A stretch of DNA of 64,000 nucleotides. Origin: Chiloscyllium plagiosum (taxonomy: Eukaryota). Location of the stretch: assembly GCF_004010195.1 (NCBI RefSeq), contig NC_057719.1, forward strand, positions 72,472,583 through 72,536,582. The letters are read 5' to 3'. Of this stretch, positions 26,110-40,371 are shown piece by piece (positions within the stretch are counted from its first letter, which is position 1; each line of letters starts with the position of its first letter). A program made the translations under genes and the position numbers. The notes beneath the pieces are model-generated. The model had not been told where the DNA came from. It did not search any database and saw only the letters and a program-made list of their open reading frames with translations.

Positions 26110-26950
26110 TGATTGAGATTTGGTTCACAGACAGAAAGCAAAGTTATGAGGAGGATGCAAGAAAGCTTCAACTGGACTCAGACAGGCTGAGTGAATAGGC
26201 ATGAACGTGACAGATGGGATATAATGGAAATCAAAGTAAGGTTATCCACATTGGTAGAATAAAATGGAAGTTTTTTTAAAAAATGATGGAAACTAGGAAG
26301 TGTTGGTGTCCAAATAAATTTGGATATCGTCGTTCTTGAGTCACTAATAGCTAGCAGACAGGTGCAACAATCAGTAAATTAGGATAAGGGTATGTTAGCT
26401 TCATTGCAAAAGGATTTGTGTGCAGAAGTAAAACTGTCTGACTGCAATTCGATGGTGAGACTGTAACAGGTGTGTTGTGAATAGTTTTGATCTGCTTTTC
26501 TACAGAAGGATATATTTGCCAAATACTGTATGCAATCGAGGTTCAGCAGCCTAATCCCTCAAATGACAGGATTATTTTATGAGGAGAGATTGAGAAAACC
26601 AGGCCTGCAATTTCTACAGCACCAAAGAGTAAGAGGTGATCCAACTGAAACTTACAAGATTCTCATTGGGTGTGATATGGTAGGTGTAGATAGGATGTTT
26701 CCACTAGTTGGTGAGTGTAGAACTAGAGGACTCAGTTACAGAATAAAGGTTAGGCTATTTAAGTCTGAAATAAGGGTTTTCATCCTTCAGAGTGTGGCGA
26801 ATCTTCTAAATTTTCTAGCCAGAGGGCTGTGGGATCTCCATCATTCAGGACAAAAATTAATCCATCTTCAGAGACTAATGACACCATGGATGTAGTCATA
26901 GCACAAGAAGATGGCATTGAGATAGGTGATCAACCATGATCTGATCATAA
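26110..26950 (+). mobile_element. Old CR1 3' fragment
   Basis: ORF 26530..26895 (YEERLRK...RVRGD.TETYKIL). Confidence 0.75.
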
Positions 26951-27599
26951 GGAATAGTTCTAATCTGAACTATTCTGAGCTTGCTGTCTTAACTTTCTGA
27001 ACTGAGAATTGGATCTTGGCATGCAATATAAACGGCTATGCATTGTCTATATGTTACAGTGGAATGAAATTCTGATTTGTTCCACCACTTGCCACAGCCC
27101 TGAGGGCACTGAAAATCAAGTTCCACTATTCCGAAGGCCATCAATAATGTGAAATAGGACCTGTTTAATCAGTAGGTTGTCTAATGATTGGTTGTGACCA
27201 CTATCTCAGATAAATGAAATTCAGTCTACAAATAAGAAAACAAAAACTTATTTATTATAATAAACACCTGCAGCAGGTGCAAAATAGATTATTAATATGC
27301 AAACATAAAGTACACACTCTATAAATCCAAACACACATTCATTTATTCACAATTAGGACAGACAAGGCAAACAGATTTTCAGAGATATTGTGGGGATATC
27401 AGCAAAAAGGAACAAAGTCTATGGATGAAGAGTACAAACAAGGGAAAATGAGGTCACTTTTTTACAGTTCCTTTGAGGTCTTGATGATGATATCATGTTG
27501 TTGACAACTATGGCAATTCTCAGTTCAGTAGCTGGTCAATTGGACTTAGGCTTGAAGAAAAAGTTTCTTTCTTTACATTGTTTATGAGTGTTACTTCTT

Positions 27600-27705
27600 C
27601 CTCTGTCTCTCTCTCTCTGTCTCTCTCTCTCTCTCTGTCTCTCTCTCTCTGTCTCTCTCTCTCTGTCTCTCTCTCTGTCTCTTTCTCTCTCTCCCTCTCT
27701 CTGTG
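27600..27705. repeat. (CT)n / (CTGT) compound microsatellite
   Basis: Directly visible. Confidence 0.97.
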
Positions 27706-28659
27706 GAAGAGAGTGGGTGACAGAAAGAGAAATCAATCTTACATGCTTTCAGGCTTATGGAGATCTTGGTCCAAATGAGTCCTCTCCTCTCTGTGATAAA
27801 CTGGTCCTTACAACTAACCCACAAGCTGCTGCTGGGTGATTATATCTTCTTGAACTCAAAAGCTAGTTGTCTAACAAAAGTATCAATTCTTAAATAAAAA
27901 TTACAGGACCTTGTGTAATCAATAAGTGATCATGCAGTTCCACTTTTCCTTCAAATTATAATTTTAAAAAAACAACTGGTTAATTGCCCACAAAAAGCAA
28001 TTCAAAAATCCTTCTTCCAGTTTATAATTCAAATAATATATATGTAGTCCTTCCATACTATACAACTCTAATACTGCATTTAAAAAATGCTTTTAAGCAA
28101 AGCATTTTTAACAGCAATCTGGAAAATTCTCCAGTGGCCACCTACTTTTTCTTTAGTTATACTAACTGGTTCAATAATCTGCAATTATTGGTGGTAATTG
28201 CAGGCTGAATGGTAAATTACTAACAACTCTTAATGACTTCTTGCAGGGCAAGGATGTCCTCACTGTTGGAAATTATAACACATATTCAGTGACAGACTTA
28301 TTCATAGCTTCTATTTCTAGATTATCAGCATTGCTGGTGTTACAGCAAAGCAGTGAGGAGCAATTGGAGAATCTCCAAAATTCTCTCATTGCAAGGTAGA
28401 AAGCTTAGCTTTCAGATTCATCCCAATGGGAAACAGTTTGGTGCTATACCAAGGGACTTTATATGATTGGTCTGAAATTCATCTGTTACAAACAAAGAAT
28501 TTGAAAACATAGTAAAATATAACAGTCACTGAGCTAAACTTTCCAAGAGACTTCTTTATAATTTCATGTTGAAATGTAACTTTAAATCTTCCGTATGGTT
28601 TGTCCCTAACTAACTTTCAACATGATTGCAAAATATCCAGCATATTTTAATTTTCTGTT

Positions 28660-29830
28660 AATTTTTTTTAAATTTGCACTTTCCAATTTCTCATCATTGA
28701 GATAATAAACTTTTTTTTTATTATTCTTTCTGCCTAAATTGACAATTTCACATTTGCCTACCCTACTCCATTTTCCAGGCCTTTGCCTAATCACTTAGCC
28801 CATCTATATTGCTTTGTAAGCTCCAGAGCTTTTCTTTACAACTCATTTGTTACTTACCTTTGTGTCATCAGTAAATTTAGCAAGCATACCTTCAACTCCT
28901 CCATCCAAATTATTTCTATAAATCGTAAAGAGTGGAAGGCATTGAATTTCTATGGCACACCACTTATGACATCCTGCCAGCCTGAAGACATCCATTTATT
29001 CCTAATCTCAGCTTCCTATCACAAACCGATATTTCATCCATGTCAAATGTTACCATGTTTTGGACTCCCCTAATCTGAAGAAAAGACCTTGGCTATTCAC
29101 CCTATCCATGATTTTATAAACCTCTATAAGGTTACCCCTCAGTCTCTGACGCTCCAGGGAAAACAGCCACAGCCTATTCAGCTTCTCCCAGAGATCAAAC
29201 CCTCCAACCTTGGCAACATCTCTGTAAATCCTTTCTGAACATTTTCAAATTTCAAAACATCTTTCGTCTAGCAGTGAGACAAGAACTGAATGCACAAAAC
29301 TGAATGCACTGTACAGCTGCAAAATGAACTACCATCTGCTATACTCAATACACTGACCAATAAAGGCAAGCATACCAAACTCCTCCTTCACCACCATGTC
29401 TACCTGCAACTCTATTTTTAAAGAACTATGAACCTACATCCCAAGGTCTCTTTGTTCGGCATGACCTTACTATTAAGTGTAATAAGTTCTGCCCTATTTG
29501 CCTTATTAAAATGCAGCACCTCACATTTATCTAAATTAAACTCCGTACTTCTTCAAAGAACTCCAATAAATTTGTTAAACATGATTTCCCATTCATAAAA
29601 CCATGATGGCTCTACCTGATTACCATTAACTTATCCAAGTGTCTTGTTATATTTTGAATTATCTCAATTTTAATAATAACTCGATCTTTTACTCCATGAA
29701 AGATGTTAAGTTAACTGGTCTTTTGGTTCCTACTTTCTGTCTCCCTCTCTCCCTTTTTGAATAAAGAAGTTACATTAGTTAATTCCCAATCTAATGGAAT
29801 CTGGTTAGGCATCAAACACCGGAAGATTTT
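28660..29830 (-). mobile_element. Cluster of minus-strand CR1 fragments
   Basis: Reverse complements of CR1 RT segments (e.g. 29100-29540 aaacctctataaggttacccctcagtctctgacgctccaggg; ORF 29711..29935 DWELTNVTSLFKKG). Confidence 0.75.
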
Positions 29831-31300
29831 GAGGCAAAGGTGTATTTTTTTTAAATAACACTGAGCAGAAGAAACAGAAGAGAGAAAACCATTGGAAGAC
29901 ACCTGGCTGGTAGGATGAGTTTCAGATAATTCCAATTAGGAACTGTTCAGTTGTGTAGAAAGGTCTCGTTCTGTGCTGTTAAGCTTCTATACAAAATTTT
30001 TTTGAACTCACCATTTTTTCCAATTTTGAAGCTTTATGAAAAGTGTATTTTAACTATAGTTATGTATAATTTTAAATGTATTTACATGATAATACAGGTT
30101 CTGGCTTTGTAACAATTATAGAGAAATATGATCATGAACATTGAGGAAATGATATAAATCAAGGAATGTGTTGATTAAAAGAAATCAAGCTTTAAAAATC
30201 TCTCAGATAAAAACACTTAAACAAAAAACAAAGTTCCAAGAATCTCAGAGAGATGTAATGGCACTTACAATGGAGGCAGTGTGGAGATTCTGTTCAAGAT
30301 TAAAAAGATATTACAGCCAGAATGTCAATAGATGGACAAATAAAGGTGCAGCCAAACATGTGTGTCATACGAGCAAGCACCCATTTATTATATATTTCTA
30401 TTTCTCAGGTTAGTGTAGCGATAGTAGGCCATCCTTTTATGAAGAATACTAGTAGGCCACTTGATTTCTACAAATATTTAGCCTCTTTCAATGCTATTTT
30501 CTGGTGGTAGCTATATAACCTCACTGACTGAATTTAATTCCACATCTCGCAATTATGAGATTGTGAACTCTCCACCTCTAAGTTGTTGATCTGGCAGTAT
30601 AACCATTAGCCTACCTTGATTAAGAAATTGTCTTCAAACATTTGAATGACCTTGATTATCCTACAGAGCACAATTTATCTGTTCTGAAGGAAGCTGATGA
30701 CTGCCGAGTAGTTTCTTTTGAAAAAGAACGTCAAGTTTTGATATTGTGACAACAGATGTATTGACAAACCCTTGCAATATACTGATGCAGAAAATTTATC
30801 ATCTAAAGCTGAAATAGAAACATTTAGCCTAAAGAAAATGAGCTGCTTTTGCCAGCATCAACTTGCAATTTATTCTTAAAGTATGAACATTTCAAAGCTA
30901 AAATTTCAAAGTTGGGATTAATAAATGGTACATGTTTAGTGTAATGTTGGCTGACACCCATCCCAAGTGGCAAGTGAAATTGGTGAAGTGGGATTTTAAG
31001 TATGGGCCTAATGATGTAAAAACAATAGTTCTTCAATTTCTTTCCCCATTTCCTACTCCTAACTGGTTTTCTTCCTTTTTTCAACAAAGTTTCAGATATT
31101 TTAAGACCTGTTGATGAATTCATCTGTCTCAGAGATACTCCTTAAATCATAAATGTTGTCCTTTATTCTAATTAATTTTGTTTCTCATTTAATGCTCAGG
31201 TATCATTTCCTGTAGGTTATATTAATTCTACTTTCCAAGTAATAATAATAATTGAGAGGGATGTACTGGCACATCTAATGAAGACTCTTATGCACACCAT

Positions 31301-31512
31301 CGAGAGTGTGGTGCTGGAAAAGCACAGCAGGTCAGGCAGCATCCGAGGAGCAGGAGAATTGACGCTTTGGGAACAAGCTCTTCAATTCCTGATGAAGGGC
31401 TTATGCCCGAAACATCGATTCTCCTGCTCAGCGGATGCTGCCTGACCGGCTGTGCTTTTCCAGCATTACACTCTCAACTCTAATCTCCAGCATGTACAAT
31501 CCTTACTTTCTC
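31301..31512. mobile_element. Palindromic Penelope-derived insert (inverted terminal repeat pair) with ~10 bp TSD
   Basis: Arms ~31302-31384 and ~31392-31475 are reverse complements; TSD atgcacacca / atgcccacca. Confidence 0.85.
31389..31416 (+). ncRNA. Minimal type I hammerhead ribozyme core (Penelope-associated)
   Basis: CTGATGA-A-GGGC-TTAT-GCCC-GAAAC-ATC; one substitution from the GAAACGTC seen at 55722-55749. Confidence 0.7.
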
Positions 31513-31888
31513 ATGCCCACCAGTATAAAATGGTTTAGCTATAAGTATTATTTCAAAAAAGCACACAGTTCTCAAATTAAATGACGCTGTCTGAGGCACT
31601 GTTGGGGTAGCAAGGGACTGGATGGTATGTCAAAGCTCTTAACAGATGTCCAAAGAAGACAGAAGACGTGGTTAGCATTGCTTTTATGCTCATTGATGTT
31701 CTAATATGTACATGCCCTGGAAGACTCAGAAGAAACAGAAATAAATCTCAAAAGAGTTCCTGCACTGACTAAAACTCCCATGCAATAATTAATTTTTTTG
31801 TCACAGAAGGGTATGTGAAAATTAAATTCCTCCATGTTCCTGCATATATTCTCTCAGGTTTATTCATAATGTTGATTTTATACACTAG

Positions 31889-32115
31889 GTAAAGCTCTAA
31901 TTCACACAACGGAAAGCTTTTTCACTCCTGAAAAGGGTACGCGATCTGGGTACCCAAAAGTCATAGTTGTTGTGGTGGATGGATGGCCCTCAGATGAAAT
32001 TGAAAGAGCAGCAAATCTGGCCAGAGAATCTGGCATGAACGTTTTCATTGTCTCAGTTGCAAAAGCGCTCCCAGAAGAGCAAAAGATGGTCCCAGACCCC
32101 AACTACATGGAAAAG
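31889..32115 (+). CDS. COCH: Cochlin-like VWA1 exon ([12 protein letters not shown]...[17 protein letters not shown]...PDPNYMEK)
   Basis: cactag acceptor, gtaagg donor; 227 nt; DGWPSD and NVFIVSVAK motifs; overlaps ORF 31972..32181. Confidence 0.95.
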
Positions 32116-32199
32116 GTAAGGTCATTGCACCAGCTATTATCAATAGAACGTAAAAACATAGAAAATGAGGCCTGGAGTTAGTTTTCAGTCTATAAAGTT

Positions 32200-35100
32200 T
32201 ATTCCGTTAGTCAATAAGATCATGGCTGATTGGAAGTGGCCTTAATTCCACTTCCTTAACCTCCATTACCCTAGACCATCTTGTCAATCAAAGTTCTGCC
32301 AAACACAAGTTTGAATACATTCAATCATTTCCAAATATTGATGATTCTCTCAAAGAGGACATACCTTATTTTCAAATTAAATGGGAGACTCCTTATTTTT
32401 AAACTGTATCTCCTGGTTCTAGATTCTCTCTTAGCATCCACCTTGTTAAGCCCCTCGGAATCTTAAATGTTGCAATAAGATCATTTCCTATTCTTCTAAA
32501 CTCCAGTAAGTACAACAAATTTCGTTTTCACCTGCATCTTATAAGCCAGCATTCTTGATAAACCAGCAAAAACTATTTACCTGAAATACCAGATTTTTTA
32601 CATTGATTATGTGCACCTCTTGGATTATCCTAAATACTTGATCAACCAGCACACTCCTGGTCCCATAGGTATTGGTTACTAAAAGATTTGCTGTATCTGT
32701 CCAACCTCTCCTTTCCTCTTTAGACAACCTCTCCAATCCAGTAATCAGCTTAGTATATTATCTATGATTTGCTTCGATTTCAAATATGTCGTTGAGTAAG
32801 GTGCCACAAACTGCACACACTGCTGTAGATGTGATCTCACCAATTCCCTGCACAATTGTACCAAAACTTACTTTTATGCTTCATCTCTCTTGCAATAAAA
32901 ACCAACATTTAATTTGCCTTTTTAATAATATGCTGTACTTAAACACTAACGTTTTGTGCTGCGTATACAAGGATACCCAGATCCTTCCCTACAACAACAT
33001 TCTGTGGTCCTTCCTGTTCAAAAATTCAGACTTTTTCCATTCTACCTGCCAAATTGAACAAACTCACATGTTCCCACATTAGACTCTGTCTGCCAAAGGT
33101 TTATTGATTCACTTACCTCTATCACCTTGCAGAATCTTTGTATTTACCTTGCAATTTGGTTTCCTATCTAGCTTTGTACATCAACAAATTTGGCTTCATC
33201 GCAGTTTGACCCTTCATCCGTTTCATTAATATTAATCATAAATAGTTGAGGCCACATCACTGATTCCTGAGGGAACTGGTTAAGATTTGCCAACCCAAAA
33301 TGATCCATTTATCCTCTGTTTCTGGTAGTTAGCCAGTCCTGTATCCATGATAACATATAACCCCAACATTAAATGCTCAAAGCTTGTATAGTAATCTGTT
33401 TCATTGTGCCTTTTAGAATTTTTTTTTGCTAACTGGATCAGCATTTATTGTTTGGAACTAGCTGCCCTTGAGAAGATGGTGGTGAGCTGCTTTCTTGGCC
33501 TGCTGCAGACAACGTGCTGTAGGCCGACCCATGATGTTGTTAGGGAGTGAATTCCAGGATTTTGATTCTGTGACATTGAAGGAACAGTGATATATTTCCA
33601 AGTCAGGATGGTGAGTGTCTTGGAGGAGAAGTGCAGTTGATGGTGTTTGCATCTACCTGCTGTCCTTATCCTTCAAGATGGAAATGTTCATGAGTTTGGA
33701 AAGTGCTAAAGAGCTTTAGTGAATGCAAATATATAACATACCGATTCAATTCTTTGCATCCTCAAAGATCTCCAACAAATTTGTCAAACACAAACATATA
33801 AATTAGAAACAGGTTTCGACCATTCAACCCTTTGAACCTGCTGTGCCATTGGAAAAGGTCATGGCTGAATGTGGTATGGCCCTCCATACCCTTTGACTCC
33901 CTTATTAGTTAAGAATCTTCATTCCTTAAAAATATTCAATGACTATATTTACTATTCTTTAGATAAAGAGTTCCACAGACTCACTCTATATGGAAAATAA
34001 ATCTTCCTTATTACCATCTTAAATAAGAACCCACTTTTCATTTTGACTCTGTTGCAGAGTTCTCGGTTCTTCTGCAAGGGGGAAATGTCCTTTTGGTATC
34101 CACCCTGTCAAGTATACTCTGGATCTTATGGGTTTCAATAAGATTGCTTTCCATTATTTTAAACCAAGGTGGATATAGACCCAAGATAATCCCATCATCA
34201 TGGGAATCAACTGAGTGAACCTTCTCTGAATTGCTTCTATAGCAGCTATGTCCTTCCTCAAATAAAGTGACTAAAACTGTACATTGTACTCACAACATAC
34301 ATTGTGCAACTGGAGAATAAATTTTCTACTTCTATATTATATTCCTCTTGCAATAAACAACATTGCAATTATTTTATGAATCATTCTGCACACAAACTTC
34401 ATATGATTCATCTGTTAAGAATGCTCTGTACCTCAGAATTCCATAATCTGTTTAAATAATATACCGCTTTTCTGTGTTGTTTGCCGAAGTGGACAAGTTC
34501 ATTTTCTCACAGTTAACTTAACCTATCTATATTAATTTGAAAATTCTTTGCAATTTACTTCCTACTTTCTTGTGTCATTAGCAACCATATAATCCTTTCA
34601 TCAAAGTCTTTGGTAAATTTTTGAGGCCCCTGCACTGATCCCTATGGCATTCCACTTGTTACATTTTGGAAACATGGCAACAGCACATTATGCCTACTTG
34701 CTGTTTCCTGTTCGTTAACCAATCCCCTAACATGCTGATATATTACTACATGCACGACGAGTTCTTATTTTGTAAACCATCTTTAATATGGCATCATGGT
34801 GGATAACTCCTGGAAAACTAATTACACAATTTCCTTAAGTTCTCATATATTCATGTTACTTGTTATTTCCTCAAATAATTCTAAAAATTAGATGATTATG
34901 TGATATCCCTTTCACAAAACCACACAAATACTGGATGATTGCTTTCAGATTTTCTAAATGCCTTCTTTAGTAACTTCATAGTCATTTTCAGCACTTTTCA
35001 TATGTGGAGCCAACTGCCGCAAAGTGTCCTGCTGTCCCCCTTCTTTCTTGAATACAGAGAGAGACTGAGAACTTTCCAATCTGATGGGATCCTTTGAAAA

Positions 35101-37700
35101 TCTAGAGAATTTTGGAAAATTAAAGCTAGTGCATCTATTATCTTAGCAGCCACTTCTTAAATCCTGGGACAAAGCTTTTAACTCTATTAATTTTCTCAGT
35201 ACACTTTCCTTGGTGATTCTAATCATTTTAATCTTTTTCAGCTCATAACTCAATTATGTCTGGGATGTTATTTGTATCCCCTATAATAAAACCAAATCCA
35301 AAACCGCATCCAATTAATTCTCCATTTCTTATTAATAATTCAACAGACTTTTCTAGAAGATCAAACACATTTTACTTACTCTTTTCCTTTTTAAATACCC
35401 ACAGAAGCTTTTACCATTTTGAAGGTAGCTTTCTCTTGGAATGTAATTTCTCCCTATTTAATGTCCCTTCGTTTTTTGCTGCTTTTTATATTGAGCAATT
35501 TTCTGACCTAGCATCATAGAATCCCTACAATGTGGAAGCAGACATTTGGCTGATCAAGTCCACACTGACCCTCCAAAGAACATCCCACCCAAAAACCCCC
35601 ATCCCCGCCCTATCTCTGTAACCCTGCATTTCCCATGGCTAATCCACCCAGCCTCCACAATCTTGGACACTACAGGGCAATTTAGCATAATCAATCCACC
35701 TAACCAACCCACCAATTTAACATAGCCGATCCACCAAAGGAAATTAGAGCACGTGGAGGAAACCCGGGGAATATGTGCAAACTCCTCTCAGACAGTCGCC
35801 TGAGGCTGGAATCAAATACGGTTCCCTGTGCCATGAGGCAGCAGTGCTAACCACTGAGCTATTGTGCCGGCCCATGCCATTATGCTTTTTTGTACAATTT
35901 GATAGTGTTTTTAACTTCCATTTTTTAGCCTGGAATGTCCCTTTCTCAACGGGCTTTCTCACAGAATATATCTTTGCTGCATGTAATACCTTCAGACATG
36001 ACTGTCACTGCATTGTGTTGACCTATTCTGTAACCTAATTTTCCAATTCACATCAGCCAGGCCTGCCTTTATATGATCGTAATTGTCTTTATGTTTAAAT
36101 ATACTAATCTTATACCCATTTCTCTCTCTCTCAACTGAATGCAAAACTCAATCATGACTGCTATCGTGAGGCATATTTACCCTGCGGTCATTAGCCCTAT
36201 CTTATTGCACATTATCAGATCTACAACAGCCTGCTCTCTGGCTCTTGAACATGCTGCATTCATCTTCCAGACTATCTTTGCCAATCTGATTCACCCAATA
36301 TATATGCAAATTATAATTACCATGATTATCGCCATATCTTTCTCACAAGCCTCCCTTATTTCTTCTTGCATATCCCCTCCAACGAAGTTCTTTCACAAAA
36401 CCACAACAACACTGATAGTATTGTGATTTTCTACATGTCCAGCTACTAATTCTTTATTAATGGATATCAGCATTAGTCTATCTAGCCATTAGTTTCCTGC
36501 TTTCTGTCTCTCTTTCTTGAGTAAAGGTGTCATACTTGCAACTTCACAAACTACGAGGACTTTTCCAGAATTCAAGAAATTTTGGAAAATTACAACTGAT
36601 GCATCCAATATATCTGCAGCCATTTCTTTTAAGACATTAGGATGCAGACAATCAGGTTGAGGTGACTTATCATCCTCAAATCTCATCAGCAATCCTATTA
36701 AGTTTTTCTCATGTAAAACTCATTGTTCTAAATTCCTCCCCTCTTTGCCTCATCATTTTCAACTGTACTTCAGGTGCTTTTTGCATCCTCTACAGTGAAG
36801 GTGGATACAAAATATTTTTTCAGAACCTTTGACATTTGTTTGATCGCTATTATTAATATTCCAATCTCACTGAAGGGACCAATGCCTACTTTAGCTATAC
36901 TTACTTTTACTATATTTTTCGAAGCTTTCAGTGTCTGTTTTTATACTTCTTGCTGAGTTTTTCTTTGATTGCAATTTCTCAACTTATTTTTGCTGTTGTA
37001 CTTTGCTGGTTTTAAAGACATCATTAATGGTCTGACCAATCTTTGTAGCATTGTAGGCCTTTTCTTTCAATTCAATTAGCATCTTTAAATTCCTTAATGG
37101 CCATGGATAATACACCCTTGTGGTCGTCTTCTTTCTTGAATGAAATACACTCTAAAAGTTATGAAATATTTCCCAAATGCCTGTCACTGTATCTCCACCA
37201 TCTTACTTTTAACCTATTGTTCCAGTCCACTTTAGGCAAGTCTACTTTAATACCCTTGTATTTGAAGATAGTAGTTGCAAGCACATATTTTTCATGCTCA
37301 AACTGAATGTGAAATTCTATATTATGATCACTCATGCCTAAAGTACATTACCAGATCCAAAATAACTTGCACCCCAACAGCTTCCAGGATTCATTGTTAA
37401 AAACAGTCTTGAATGCACACTACAAACTCAATCTCTAAGCAACTTTGATTTGTCCAATCAATTTGAAGATTAAAGTCATCCTACTGCATAATTACCTTTC
37501 TTGAGCCTGCAAACTACTCCCATCTGTGATTTATTCCTTTTGCTATTTCTTATCTCCAACCAAATTAATTTGATACCTTGATCTTCGGAACCAATTTTTT
37601 TTTTTTTACAATTGAACTAACCTTATCATTTATTATCAGAGATAGCCTAGTTCCTTTGCCCTTCCAAAACATTAAACATCTTTAAATATTCAGGTCTGAG
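32200..37700 (-). mobile_element. Dense array of old minus-strand CR1/LINE fragments in a COCH intron
   Basis: Repeated reverse-complement CR1 motifs, e.g. ORF 36489..36692 (DKSPQPDCLHPNVLKE...TPLLKK); different LINE 3' end at ~33440-33720 (SWNSLPN...KKAAHHHLLKG). Confidence 0.7.
35515..35872 (-). mobile_element. HE1/V-SINE-like SINE
   Basis: Reverse-complement homolog of 17322-17650. Confidence 0.85.
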
Positions 37701-38592
37701 CACTGGCCACACTGCAATCATCTCTGTAATTGCTAGCAGACTACATCCTACAGCCTTTCAATGCAACAAATTAAATAATGCAACCAATTCTATATTTATA
37801 GCAATAAAATAAAACATCTGCATTCCACATCAACTGACATTTCAATAGCTCCCCTCAGCACTTTGTCATGTGCATGCGTTGCCTAAAAAGCTTTGCTTTT
37901 TGCCCTCATTTTCTCATAATTTTATTTTAGTCCTTTTAATAGTTGTAACAAATATTGTTCAATTTATGCATTTCTTAGAGGTTTCTGAGCACATATTATA
38001 AAATTCACAAATTTGCTACATTTTACATATTTCAGAAAGCAACAGATTCACTGAAATATATATCTGCTAGATACACACTTCAGGAGAACCAGAAGCAGAA
38101 AGCCTGGATACAGTATATAATTTGGAGAAATTATAATGGTTTACCACAAATTCAATCACTTTTCATTGGTGAAGCTTCACGTTGTGGATAAATGTGCAGC
38201 ACAATTTGGGAGTGAAATTGTTGGGCTGAATTCTGGTTTGTAGCCGAAGAACAATATCACAGTGCTTCATTGACAATAACAATTACACCAATAACAAGCA
38301 ACCTTTAAAAGGTTCAATCATCTAGTATTATTTCATGCAACATTTTATTTTTAAGTATTTTACAATCAGCAAAAAGTAACATTAGCAATTAATATTGGTT
38401 TCTTTAATACTATTACAAATTTCACCTGCATTTAGACATTTGCTAATTCCACTTATTGGTATCAAATGTGCACTTTAACTTCATATTACTCAAAAATGTC
38501 TCCAAACCAAGAGCAAATGTGGCAGCAATTACTTGCCATCACCAATTGTATTGCTTAAGATTTACTTTGCATCTTTTTCTTTTCTTTCACAG

Positions 38593-39106
38593 ATTGTTTG
38601 CAAAAACAATGGACTGTTTTCCTATTCTATTCAAAACTGGTTTGGCATGTATAAGTTTATAAAACCTTTAGCACAAAGACTGTGTTCCTACAGCCAGATG
38701 ACATGCAGTAGAACTTGTTACAATTCAATAAACCTTGGCTTTCTTATCGATGGATCCAGCAGTGTTGGGGACAGCAACTTTCGCATTGTTCTGAACTTCA
38801 TCTCAGAAATTGTGAAATCCTTTGACATTCATCAGATTGGTGCAAGAGTTGGTGCTGTACAGTTCACATACAATCAAAGAACTGAATTTGATTTTGGTCA
38901 ACATTTAACAAAGGATTCAGTGCAAAATGCTATCAAGAATATCCCTTACTGGAGTGGTGGCACAGCCACTGGGGAAGCAATTACTTACACCTCAAAGAAT
39001 TTGTTTGGAAAATTGAAGAACAGCAACCTGAATGTGCTGATCATCATCACTGATGGCCAATCTTATGATGATGTTGAGGTTCCAGCAACAGTGGCACATC
39101 AATCAG
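38593..39106 (+). CDS. COCH: Cochlin-like VWA2 exon (IVCKNNGLFSY...FLIDGSSSVGDSNF...SGGTATG...TDGQSYDDV...HQS)
   Basis: Long polypyrimidine tract with cacag acceptor, gtaacg donor; 514 nt; intact DxSxS MIDAS; within ORF 38533..39150. Confidence 0.96.
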
Positions 39107-40030
39107 GTAACGTTTGCTTGGATGATAAAAACATTTATCTGCTAAGTTAGTGCAAATTTGGGAATTCTTTTCACAATAACTTTAATATATTTAATATATA
39201 AAGTATTTAATATATAAAAATAAGATACAGTTTACACTTCACACTTTTGGGGCTTCTGATACCACATCGTTCCTCAGTTGAGAAACAAAGCAGCATTCCC
39301 AGAAATCTACATAGGCTGGTGTAACTAGTCAGAAAAGAGGAGCTTAGATTTAATTATCAGCAAGTTTCTCTCCTTATTACATGAATGACTTCTGTTTGTG
39401 TCTGTAATAGCAAGGATAATCATTTAAAATTTACATAAGTAAGAGTAACTACAGCCATACATACAAAGTTATTTTACAAGCACCATGTTGTAAAATATTT
39501 AGGCCGAACAATGACTGATAAAATCATGAAGTGGTGTACATCTACAGGTTTATTTTCTTTACAAAAGCTACAGCATATTCTAAAAAAAGAGACTTTCAAT
39601 AAGGATGCATTCAGCCAAAATGTAAGCTTAGCTACAGTTAATACAAATGGACTATAAAGTCCAAATGACATTTAGATTGTATAGTGTTGAATGAAAAGAT
39701 ACAAGCTTTTCTAGTGGTGAGATATTTGCATTGAAAAAGCACGATGGAAGAAAACTATCTTTAACAACTCTAAAGTGGAATAATTGTCCGTGGTCTTTAA
39801 AATTTGCTTAAAAGGATCTACTGAGTCAGCAGCACTGTCTGCAGTAAAAGATATTTCCTTTATCTTTTCAAATTAGAATCCTAAAATTGAGGAATTAAAC
39901 TGGCACTGACTTGGACATCAGAACCGTAGCCTAGAAAGTTTATGCACAATGACCTAGTATAGTATTGGGTTGGTTTTCAACACTGAAACTTTTGTCATAG
40001 GAGTTCAAGATTTTCTATATTTTGTTTCAG

Positions 40031-40206
40031 GTACAGTCATATTTTCAGTTGGAATTTCGTGGGCAATGGAACAGGAACTCAAAGCAATGGCTTCAGAACC
40101 CAAAGATGCACATACTTTCTTTGTGAGAGATTTCCCAATGGTCAACAAGCTTGTGCCTGATATCCTTAAAGGCATCTGCAAAGATTATTCCGCAGTAGCA
40201 AACTGA
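40031..40206 (+). CDS. COCH: Cochlin-like terminal coding exon (GTVIFSVGISWA...MASEPKDAHTFF...GICKDYSAVAN*)
   Basis: tttcag acceptor; TGA at 40204-40206; IFSVG..WA, MAS.PK..H.FF and GIC.D motifs. Confidence 0.95.
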
Positions 40207-40365
40207 TCCAACAGCTACCATGTACCTTGATATTCAAAGGCAGTGGACTGATTCTTGTCAACAATACTAACAAACATGCTAGTGCAATATTTTGTAGAAA
40301 TATAGGCCTGGATATTAATATCTGGTACTGCATGTGCTATTTCTCCTACTTCACAAATTATTCAC

Positions 40366-40371
40366 AATAAA
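40366..40371 (+). promoter_or_regulatory. Candidate polyadenylation signal of the COCH-like gene (second AATAAA at 40639-40644)
   Basis: AATAAA 160 nt after the stop codon; actual usage cannot be determined from sequence. Confidence 0.4.

Noticed and set aside
27536..27839. Overlapping SL/ER-repeat ORFs
   Set aside because: Translation artefacts of the (CT)n microsatellite
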